Origin: Neoechinorhynchus agilis
Taxonomy: Eukaryota > Animalia > Acanthocephala
Length of the DNA: 64,000 nucleotides
Direction: 5' to 3'
NCBI GenBank assembly: GCA_051530055.1
Contig: CM121341.1
Span: forward strand, 12,812,784-12,876,783
A model generated the notes under the pieces. That model did no database searches. It saw only the letters and a list, made by a program, of their open reading frames with translations, and was not told the DNA's origin. Made by a program: the position numbers and the translations under genes. Below, in pieces: positions 38,307 through 48,063 of this stretch. Within the stretch, counting starts at the first letter, position 1; every line of letters begins with the position of its first letter.

Positions 38307-39458
38307 TTTGAGAAAGGAATGGTTTATCAAGTCCACAATTTTTAATAATTTTTGTATTGTTGTTTTGCTTTAAAAAAATCGAATTTTTTTAATACGGTTT
38401 CAACATCTTGTTATTTATCGAACGCAGTTTGTACAACCTTTGTACTATGAACATCAATGATTTGGTAGTTTGGGGTCATAAATTGAATTCTTTAACAAAT
38501 CGAACATTTTTTAGTTTTCTAGGAACAACGCTCTTCCTCCATGGAGTCGCCATTGATGGAATGCACCTTGAGTATAAAATTATAGCTCGAAGGCGGCAAT
38601 AGATCGATTTGGTGTTTGCACTTGCCGAATCTATGGTTGGAATTTGGATAAAACCGGATTTTAGTACACCCACTACGTTTCTCTCGGGGTACTAAGTGGT
38701 TTTGTTACAATATCCATAGTTTATTTGCGTTGTCTTCAACTACGGATGCGCCCTCGTTTGAGGCTTTAAATTTCCGGATTAAATTGAAACACAGTGATCT
38801 GACTAAAAAATTGTTGTATTCTTAAAAGAGAGTAAATTAACTAAGGTCACTGTCAAATCATTAGAAGCTTCTTTAAGCTCACAATGTAAATAGTAAGGGT
38901 TTCCCTCGTTAATTTCGTAAATTTCTTCCATATTTTACATAAAATTCGTAGCTTAAACTTCAAATTTTTAATTTAGTTGTTCGAAAATTACCCAGTTGAA
39001 TTTATTCGGAATTGAATGAATTTTTTGAATGCTCCCATTTGATGAAATCACCAAACTTTTAACTTTTAACTGATAATAAACAAATGATTTTTTATGGCAG
39101 ATCGACGAGTTATGTTTTGCCAAAAGAGATCGCTGCATACTGTAGCAGTTTTCAAATGTGCCAACCATGAATAACACTAGCATTTCATTGTGCTAAACCT
39201 TTCAAAATCCTCTACAGGCGAACTCCATTATTCTCAAATTACGCAGCAGCAACTCTGTCGTCGTTTTCATTGCCACAAAAATTGATTATGTAGTAGGGTG
39301 ATTATGAGTAGTGTAAACACCTAGCTTTTGTGCCTTAGCATTCCCCGAAAGTTAACTTCCATTCCAACTCTATCGATCTTATTCTGGTCTTCATGAGAGC
39401 AAAAACGAGCTTTTTGTAGTGTATCTAGTTTACTTTTGCGGCAAAGCTGCCACTTTCC

Positions 39459-40030
39459 ATGGTAAAATTCTTGCTCTCAATACAAGCAGATCTCGATGGC
39501 TTATCAAGTATTAATCCAAGCACAGGGATTAATGAAAAACTCGTATGGTACTTCAAGTTTCAATGTTGCCAATGTGGTGAACAAAGTCAAAAGTTCCAAT
39601 CATTATATCCATGCCACGTTCGAAAGCTAAACGTTGAAGATATGGGTATTAACGTTCGCTGTAGCTTATGTAGACGAACTAACTCGGCATTTGTTGCTAA
39701 TTTTTTCGTAGACGGGGAAGATGAAGACCGTATTTTACCGAGTGAATGGAAGCGTATTTTAACTTTACTCAGTAGTTCTTTGATTTTTCGATCTAGGTAA
39801 AATCAAAGCTCGTCTGATCAGAGTGCAGAGGAATGATTCCGATAGAGTTTGAATACCACGGGTTTTGGAAAGGACGGTCTCTTTATTCTCAACTGACGGT
39901 CGATGATATTGCCGTGGCCAATAATAGTGGAGACTGGACGGGGGTCGACGAGTCGAGCGGGAAGATTATACGGGTGAGCAAGTTTAAATATATTCTTAGT
40001 AGTTCTGACGCAAAAAACGTGAGGTCCTGA
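39459..40030 (+). CDS. DUF866 / CXXC zinc-binding protein (C1orf123/CZIB-like), 2 exons
   Basis: MVKFLLSIQADL..WYFKFQCCQCGE..CSLCRRTNS..CRGMIPIEF..DWTGVDE; one intron of about 50 nt at 39772-39821. Confidence 0.85.
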
Positions 40031-40682
40031 GTGTAGATCGTTTGATCAGCTGACCGTTCTTATTGTCATATAAATTAAATACAATAAATTCTAAAAGCTT
40101 TAGGCAGTATGCATCAAGGGATGAAAATTACGCCAGCGAAATAAAGAACGACAACTTTTTTAAATCTTACACTTATGTTTGAATCTTTGGGCCAAGCATA
40201 CTTATTAGCGAAGTATTAAGTACGACAGTGACTGTCGTTTCGTGAATTTTTCGATACAACATTACTAAAGTCGTTAACAATGGTTACGACAAAGAAAATG
40301 TTGGCACCGGATGTTGTTAATATTTTCTGTTTTTTTAATTATATATTCCAAGAGATTCTTGCATAACCTAAAAAATCCAAATTTACTAGTTTTTAATTTG
40401 GATACTAGACTCGCGATCGCTAATATTAGTGAATCAGCTATAGCTTTTATAAAGGATACAAGTCAGAAGGTACAATAGACTCGTTCCATGCGATGTGCAT
40501 GTACGTTTAGCTGCAATTCTGACTTAAATTTTTGTTCTTACTTCAAGCTAGACGAACTTTACGAAGCACTCGAATAAATCAAAATTTGTCGGTTTCAATC
40601 GATTGCAACATATAGTATCCGTCAAGCGCCAACAAAGTTTGCCTTGATTGCATTGTATTTCAAACTTTAAAACTGACAAACA

Positions 40683-40867
40683 CCAAAAGACAACAACGAC
40701 GTGACGTAACTTACAAATTCCAAAAGACAACAACGACGCATCGTAACCGACAAATACCAAAAGACAACAACGACGTAAAGTAACTGACAAATACCAAGAG
40801 ACAACAACGACGCGATGTAACTTGCAAGTTCCAAAAGGCAACAAGGACATGACGTAACATTCGAAAG
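40683..40867. repeat. Minisatellite, 37-bp unit x5
   Basis: CCAAAAGACAACAACGACG-like starts at 40683, 40720, 40757, 40794 and 40831. Confidence 0.92.
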
Positions 40868-40928
40868 GATTCATTGTCGTTGTCATGAGGGAACATGCAC
40901 TCGGCGCCGTCAAGCTTTCTTCTACGTG

Positions 40929-41351
40929 ATGCAAAACGTAGTAGTTACAAACCGTGGGAGTCTATTCGCAGACAAAATGTCTCAAAAATTGGAATCAATG
41001 CTGTCAATGGATGGTGACAGTGTAGGCGAAGGGCGAAAGCGGCTACTTGTTGATGAAATACGGTCCGCAGCTCTTGCTGCAATGGAATCAGTGCTCAGTG
41101 GACGAACCTATGATTCTTCTCAAGTAAACCGGTGGATGTCCGAGATCATAGAGGGTGCCATCAATCGTCTAATTGCACTCAGTCAAAACTTTAAATACAT
41201 CATAAATTGCACAATCATGGTTAAAAACGGAACTTGCCTCCATGTTGCGAGTTCTTGCTATTGGGATGAAAGAAACGATGGCAGTTGTATTGTCAAGTAC
41301 GAAAATGATTCACTGTACGCTGTTGCGTCAGTATATGGATTGAGTATTTAA
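40929..41351 (+). CDS. Dynein light chain, Tctex-1 family
   Basis: YDSSQVNRWMSEII..FKYIINCTIMVKNGTCLHVASSCYWDERNDGSCIVKYEN..VYGLSI is a Tctex-1 domain. Confidence 0.93.
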   Translation: MQNVVVTNRGSLFADKMSQKLESMLSMDGDSVGEGRKRLLVDEIRSAALAAMESVLSGRTYDSSQVNRWMSEIIEGAINRLIALSQNFKYIINCTIMVKNGTCLHVASSCYWDERNDGSCIVKYENDSLYAVASVYGLSI

Positions 41352-42166
41352 TTGAGTTTACATTAATCACTGTGACGTCATAACTACAAGTAGTGTGATT
41401 CTTCCAGAACATACAAGAACGTTGACCGTTTTGATTCACCTTCCATCCTGATTATTGCGTCCCTTCCTCGGCTTTTTGGCACGAAGGCGCCTATCGGAGA
41501 AGTGATTCAGTCAAAAAGGGCAGAAGAAGGTATGCAATAATCTGAATCAAAAGACCCTGCTGGCTTTTCACTTTGTAAAGGTGTTCATCATTTACTTTTT
41601 TATAGCGAGTTATAATAATTGATTTATTTGATCGTTTTCGACCTTCGTGTAGGCCTTCTTCAGCCTATTGCTTGAAAGTTTTTAAATATATTTTCCATTG
41701 AAAAATTCCATAAGCTCTCGGTAGCAAAATCAACATATTTTTTTGGTGATCGTCTAATATCCTGTCTCGAACTATGCTCATATTCATCGTTCTTTTATGC
41801 TTTTTAGTCGGTTTTAAAATGAACCAGTGAAGTCGGCTGCTTTTGCCGAATTCCTTAGTTTCTAATCATGTCGTTTTTGAACGTATTGGTTGCTCACATC
41901 CATTTGACACAAGTGCAGCGATCCCTGCATTTTCTATACTCATCCGCAATTTAAAAGGTAGTTAAATCTTCGTTCATCATCAAACATTAAAGAGTCCAAA
42001 ATTAGGTCATTTTTTAATCTCGTGAGAATCGGCAATAAAAAAGAAAATCTATGTGAACATAATTCAATTAAGACGCGCGGGTTCAAAATCGGAAAGTACT
42101 ATCTGAAATTCATCAAAATTCAGTACTTTTTTGTTTTAACAAGCGATAGATCATTGCTTGAGCTGA

Positions 42167-42250
42167 AGAGTTGGAGTTGTGGTGATCACCAGATTTTAAA
42201 TATTTAATTGAGATATTTCGAAAGAGAATGATCACCACATCTCCAACTCT
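42167..42250. repeat. Inverted repeat with 22-bp arms (1 mismatch), MITE-like hairpin
   Basis: AGAGTTGGAGTTGTGGTGATCA ... TGATCACCACATCTCCAACTCT. Confidence 0.8.
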
Positions 42251-42376
42251 ATCATCGCGACAAATTTTCTCCTGATCATTCCTCAGAAAAATTGCCAGCT
42301 AACCAGACTTCAAAAAAAAAGATTCAATTGGAACAAAAAATTAAAAACTGCCAGAGTTTGTACATTCTGTAGTTGT

Positions 42377-42585
42377 GCCGAGGTGGCCAAGTGGACTAAA
42401 GACTCCTGATTCCAGTTTTGGTCAAAGGGTTCATAATCCGTTACCGCTGATGACGCACAACCAAAGGAGACGAAATACCGATGAAGGGAAGAGGAAGCTC
42501 TCTGATGAGTCCCGCCTCCTTGGGGATTTTGTGCGCTTCCCTGGTGTGCCCAAGGAAAAATTATCAGCCGTGAAAAAGGCCACAC
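42377..42585 (+). mobile_element. tRNA-headed SINE-like element with a complete head and two hammerhead cores
   Basis: A box TGGCCAAGTGG, degenerate B box GGTTCATAATCC, CTGATGA at 42447 and 42502, GACGAAATAC, and the shared 3' block. Confidence 0.75.
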
Positions 42586-42965
42586 TTAAAACACTGAAAA
42601 ATGATAAACATGACTCTTAAAATTTCATCTATCGACTTATGCGCATTCTAGAAATCTATGCCCTCAACTAACAGTTATGCAAAACCAAATAAATCCTTTG
42701 AACTGCTTAGTCTTCAAAGCGAGAAAAAATAGATACAAAGAGCATATTTGTCGAAATTTTATAGTTACATATATTAAGATCATAATAAGACTCAAGGAAT
42801 GTTGCTTTTCGCAATGACCTCCCCCAACGGCTGATAAATGCCTATTTATTTGTTCACATGATGACGGTTCAAGTTGTTATCGTCGTATTTCTTAGCCACT
42901 AAAGTGGCGATAAACTTGCTTTACTTTAGTAGTGTTTAATTTAGGTATTCGGTAAATAATTTTTT

Positions 42966-43471
42966 ATTAAAGACGTCTCGAACCTCGTTGGGTTCATCAT
43001 CAGTTCTAAAAAACTACGGATGAAATGGTTAACCTGCTCTCGCACGCGCTTATGGTTGATTATACAAACACAATTACATCGGACAAACGGTCCTAGGCGC
43101 AGAAGGTGGTATCGTCAATTGGATATTCTATTGAGGATTGAATTCGGTGGTTAGATATGCTGTTATTTGTGTCGCTTGTCAACAACCACTAAAATCGACT
43201 GAAATTCCATATTCGACGATAAAGAGGTGCAAACTGGTCAGTGGCTAATTATGACCAAACAATGGTTTTACCTTTCGATGCTTGATTAAGGAAGCCTTCT
43301 TAATCAAAGAACAGAAACCGGACATTAATGACCAACGAGATTACAAACTCTGCCTTCATAGCTACAAAAAATGGAACAATCAATCATAATCGTGTGTGAG
43401 AGCAGAATAGCCACTTCACCTTTCGTTTTTTAGAACTGATGATGAACCCGACGAGGTTTGAAACGTGTTTA
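42966..43471. mobile_element. Penelope-like 3' fragment bracketed by inverted pLTR arms of about 90 bp, each with a hammerhead motif
   Basis: YIGQT (43075) and IKEAFLIKEQKPDIN (43286) GIY-YIG motifs; CTGATGA-T-GAACC..GGTTY-GARA-CG-T on - (42972-43003) and + (43436-43469). Confidence 0.85.
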
Positions 43472-43633
43472 GTGCGAAAATAAACAATAATTCTTTAATC
43501 ATAAACCCCGATACTATTGCTTCACTTTGTCTACTATATTAGTGCACAAGGAATTGACAAGCAGCATTTCGTTTGCTCAGTTCTCCAATTGGATAAGTAT
43601 TGTAGCTCGTATAATGTCCCCAATATCCGCTAA

Positions 43634-43822
43634 ATGGGTTGTCGTTCTTCTCACTGTACGCCTCGCTTTGCACCCGTCTTTATGCCTCCTATGTACGGCG
43701 GAGGATGCGGTAGTCCTTGCTATGGTGGACCAGGATATGGTGGAGCATGTTGCAACTACCAAACCGCATTCGTTCCATATTGTCCAAGGAAAGGATGTTG
43801 CGGATGCAGCCGCTGCTGCTAA
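43634..43822 (+). CDS. Small Cys/Gly/Pro/Tyr-rich protein (62 aa)
   Basis: MGCRSSHC..YGGGCGSPCYGGPGYGGACC..KGCCGCSRCC; strongly biased composition. Confidence 0.65.
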   Translation: MGCRSSHCTPRFAPVFMPPMYGGGCGSPCYGGPGYGGACCNYQTAFVPYCPRKGCCGCSRCC

Positions 43823-43983
43823 TAGTTACCTTTAGAGAGAGATATTAGACCCCTAGTTCTCATGCGCTCTCATTAAATTATTAGTTCGTTTTTGAGTGTG
43901 GAGTCACGCTAGAGAAACAAGTTGACTCACATCAAAGCATTTTTCGAGTGTCATTCTAGAGTTGAAAATAGTTGTTCCTTGCA

Positions 43984-45005
43984 ATGAAACAAAATCAAAT
44001 CGAGAAAGTAATTGTCGAAGTTCCATCAAAACTGATTTTCTGTGGAGAACATGCGGTTGTTTACGGTCACCCCGCAGTAGTCATGGCTTTGAAATATCCT
44101 AAATTACGGATTGAACTTACATTACAAGAAGAAAAATGTGACTTAGATACATTGTCGGAGTCACCGGATACTCAGAAAGCAATCGAATTCCTGGAAAACC
44201 GCCTCGGAGTGAGTAAAAATTACGATTTAAGCATAGAGTCAACCATTCCGATCGGTGCTGGGCTAGGTTCCTCTGCAGCACTGTGCGTAGGACTTGTTGT
44301 AGTGTTTCTCGAGTTCACTGGAACGCAATACAGCGTCGAAGATGTTGTTCAGCTCGCAACTGATCGAAATCAAGTTCGGAAATGTGGGTATCTTTGTACT
44401 TCCGTTCATTGATCAACACGGAACAGTTATTTCACGGCGGTAAATCTTCTGGAGTTGATATTGCAGCATGTGCGCTAGGTGGACTTGTGCTTTATGAACG
44501 AAATGGCACCGAAGCAGCTAAATGGGAAAAATCGCACCTTATCGAATTACCAATAGATTTGCTCGTTGTAAATTCGAACATTCCAAGGAGGACAAATGTG
44601 TTGAATGCCAAGTTATATGAAAGGAAAGCGCAATTCCCAGAGATTAGCGAAGGAATTATGAGTGTACTTGAAAAAGCGTCGAAATCAATTTGGACAATAC
44701 TAAATGAAACGAAGAATTACTGCAGATTGAACGACTTGTTCCAAATGTCTCATTGGATGTTGACTTCACTGGGAGTTGGAAATCTTAAGTTAAACTCGAT
44801 TGTATCTGAGATGGAGGATATGGGAGTGGGTGCAAAATTAACCGGCGCGGGCGGTGGTGGATGTCTCATTATTGCTTTACCGAAATTCTGCGAATGGAAA
44901 GATGGCATTATTGATCGTTTGGAGTCGTTTCACGAGTGCACCGTGATAGAAGCAGAAATGTCATTCGATGGATTTATCGTAACTAAGATCAACGAAGAAC
45001 ACTAA
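43984..45005 (+). CDS. MVK: Mevalonate kinase, 2 exons
   Basis: PSKLIFCGEHAVVYG, PIGAGLGSSAA, HG..SGVD and KLTGAGGGG motifs; one 53-nt intron near 44360-44426. Confidence 0.93.
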
Positions 45006-45234
45006 CGAGATTGGAGCTGATGTAAATCAATCTAAGTTTTCTCTTATAACACAATTACGAAATGTCTTGAAATCATTGATATAAATTTCTTTGGGACATG
45101 TTAAAAATTGAAATTCCAAACCGCGAGGTGTGGTTTGCACTTATCTACTTTTTTGTTGGATAAATCGTTCGCATGAATATTCTGTTAGATCCTTCGAAAA
45201 AATGGATACCATGGTCTTTCCGCAAAAACGTTGA

Positions 45235-45492
45235 TTAGCGCTTACCCAGAATTCTTAGGGAGGTTACTCGTAGGATGTCATTTAGAAGCTTAGGGGATTA
45301 AGAGGGGTCGCGGGAGAGAGGGATCATTTCGATGCATTTAGAGAAATTGAGATGGGGTTTGCGATTGGTGGAGAAATCTTTTATGTGTGTGATTTCTTTA
45401 GAGGTTAAGGAGAGGTGGGGTGGGATGGTTAGTGGATGATGAGGGTGAGATCATCGGCGTATAAGAATAGTTTAGAGTGAGAGGAGAGAAGT
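45235..45492 (-). mobile_element. CR1/L2-like LINE RT fragment
   Basis: Minus strand reads SKLFLYADDLTLII; nucleotide similarity to 51420-51660. Confidence 0.8.
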
Positions 45493-45770
45493 TTATAAAA
45501 TCATCGTTTTTTGTTATGTACCAGGAAAAAGGGACGCACATTTAATCTCTATATCACCAAACAGAAAATAAATCAATGGACAATTTCTTTAGAAACTATT
45601 GAGTGGCAGCTAAAAAAGAAATCGTTTTCCTTGCAAACTTTCACACAATATTCACAACACCACACTGAACGATGTCGTCACTGTTCATTCGCAATAGCGA
45701 GAATTCCGGAAGAATTCATTTCTTGTCGAGAATAACCGAATTGTCGGGACTTTGGTAGAGCATAAAATTG

Positions 45771-47735
45771 ATGGACGTTGATCGAAAGTACGAGTTGATA
45801 ACGCGGAATCTACAAGAGGTTTTAGGCGGTGATCGATTGAAGGAAATAATTTCTAGTCGACCGCTAAGATTGTATTGGGGCACTGCCACGACGGGAAAAC
45901 CTCATGTCGCGTATTTTGTGCCAATAATGAAGATAGCTGATTTTCTAATGGCCGGATGTGAAGTTAAAATCCTTCTGGCTGATTTACACGGTTATTTGGA
46001 CAATATGAAAGCTCCTTGGAAGCTACTGTACCTCCGGACTCGTTATTACGAATATATAATAAAAGCGATGCTAAAATCCATCGACGTACCAATTGAAAAA
46101 TTGAAATTCATTATGGGTACAGAATATCAATTGTCTCGGTTAGTCTCTTCTAAATCAACGGGTTTGATTTTCAATGGTCGTTCACCGATTTTTATCCGAT
46201 TTATTAGGTTGTCTCCCCTCAAAAAACAACTTAAATCTCTTCTCCTTAGAGAATACACTTTGGATGTTTACAGAATGAGTTCTTTGATTAGTCAGCACGA
46301 TGCTAAGAAGGCCGGCGCTGAAGTTGTTAAGCAAGTGCAGAATCCACTTCTTTCCGGACTGTTATATCCGTGTCTTCAGGTAAAGTCTTTTCTCGGAAAG
46401 CTAGAAACTTCGTATTAATATTTAGGCTTTAGACGAGCAATATTTGGACGTTGACGGGCAGTTTGGTGGAGTTGACCAAAGGAAGATTTTTACATTGGCC
46501 GAAAAGGTATATTCTCCCGTTTTTTGCTGAGCTAAGAACCATTATTGGTTTTGTTTGAAAAGTATTTGCCTTCCCTTGGTTACGCCAAGCGAATTCATTT
46601 GATGAACCCAATGATGCCGGGATTGACAGGAACCAAAATGAGTGCAAGCGAAGAAGAGACGAAGATCGATTTGTTGGATAGTCCCAGGGTTGTAGAGCGC
46701 AAAATTAAAAAGGCATTCTGTGAACCAGGAAACATCAAGGATAATGGAATATTGATTTTTGTAAAATACGTGATCCTTCCGATCTTTAAAAAACAAGACG
46801 GATCTGGATTCAGGGTTAAAAGGACTAAAGAATTTGGTGGCGATGTTGTATATGAATCATACAATGAATTGGAATCTGCTTACGAAACGCAACAGTTGCA
46901 TCCTGGTGATCTGAAGAAAGCGGTTACCGAATACATCAACCGACTTTTAAAGCCTATCCGAGAGACCTTTGAGAATTCAGAATTATCAGAATTGAAAGTG
47001 AAAGCTTATGAAGGTGCGTGTTGTTTTAAGGCAAAAAGGACGATTTTCTTAAATTTAGTGGAAGATTCAACTGCAGCCACCAATAACGTCCATAATGGGA
47101 ATATGGAAGCAAACAGAAAAAACGCGGATGTAAACCCAACTGTTTTGGATTTGCGAGTCGGACGTATTTTATCTGCTAAGAAAGTAAGTTTTCCCTCATA
47201 ATACGATCAAGCTTCTAGAGGAGATTCTTCAAAAAATACCGTTCTTTATGGTTTTGACTTTCTTTTCGCATAGCATCCGAGTGCCAATAGTCTTTATGTG
47301 GAGGAAATTGACGTAGGAGAGAACTCTCCCAGAACAATAGTAAGTGGATTAGCGCCTTACACATCCCTGGAATCGCTGACAAATCATCCTTCGAATCTAT
47401 GTGTCGTCCTTTGCAACTGTAAACCGATGAAAATGAGGGACGTCGTATCGTCTGGGATTCTATTGACAGCCATCGATCCAAAGTGTAAAAAGGGAGAAGT
47501 ACTACGCCCGCCGAGTACGTCCATTCCAGGAGATCCAGTTTGGTTCATAGGGCATGAAACGCAGCGAAACGTAGATTTCATCGCAGAATTGAATCCAAAG
47601 AAGAAACTGTGGGAAACGCTACAAACGAAACTTACTACTGGTGCTGACCTTATCGTCAGATGGAATGATTTTGAAATGGTCACTCATAAAGGAACCGTCA
47701 ATGTTCATTCATTATCTAATGCGCCAGTAAAATAA
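45771..47735 (+). CDS. YARS1: Cytosolic tyrosyl-tRNA synthetase with a C-terminal EMAP-II-like domain, 6 exons
   Basis: [50 protein letters not shown]; GT-AG introns at 46139-46249, 46380-46425, 46507-46562, 47014-47058 and 47184-47273. Confidence 0.97.
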
Positions 47736-47764
47736 ATTTTCTTTAGAAAGGCGAAGCAAAAGGA

Positions 47765-47804
47765 TTTTCATATTTCGTCCTCTAAGTAAGACTTCTTCAG
47801 AATT
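47765..47804 (-). ncRNA. Minimal hammerhead motif with G at the cleavage position (probably inactive)
   Basis: TT-CTGAAGA-A-GTCTT ACTTAG AGGAC-GAAA-TA-T-G-AA on the minus strand. Confidence 0.6.
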
Positions 47805-47923
47805 GCTTCTAATTTTGTTGGGGATTTTTCAAGTTAGCAAATCACCTTACCGATCAGCCACTTCTTCCTTTCCCTAACAGCAGTTTCTCCTCTGTTCGTA
47901 ATCTACTTCGGAATTATTGTTTT

Positions 47924-48063
47924 ATTATTTATTAAAGACCCTTCGAACCTCGTCGGGTTAATCATCAGCTTGTTTGTTAGTAATCGACGATCGATAGCGT
48001 CTATTACCAACAAACAAACTGATGATGAACCCGACGAGGTTCGAAAGGTCTTTCATAAATAAT
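47924..48063. repeat. 140-bp palindrome carrying a hammerhead motif on each arm
   Basis: Arms 47924-47989 and 47998-48063; + core CTGATGA-T-GAACC CGACGA GGTTC-GAAA-GG-T-C; mirrored, more mutated core on -. Confidence 0.9.

Larger units (their letters stand above)
33618..38437. repeat. Segmental duplication B, copy 2
   Basis: Colinear with 25227-30044. Confidence 0.97.

Noticed and set aside
40683-40867. CRISPR-like repeat/spacer appearance
   Set aside because: The variable halves are homologous to each other, the context is eukaryotic, and there are no cas genes; it is a minisatellite
42377-42447. Functional tRNA gene
   Set aside because: Acceptor and anticodon stems do not pair properly, the B box is mutated, and the sequence continues into a body shared with other repeats; it is a SINE head
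46139-47058. Apparent 37-aa and 15-aa insertions in TyrRS
   Set aside because: They are in-frame GT-AG introns (111 and 45 nt); removing them restores the conserved sequence
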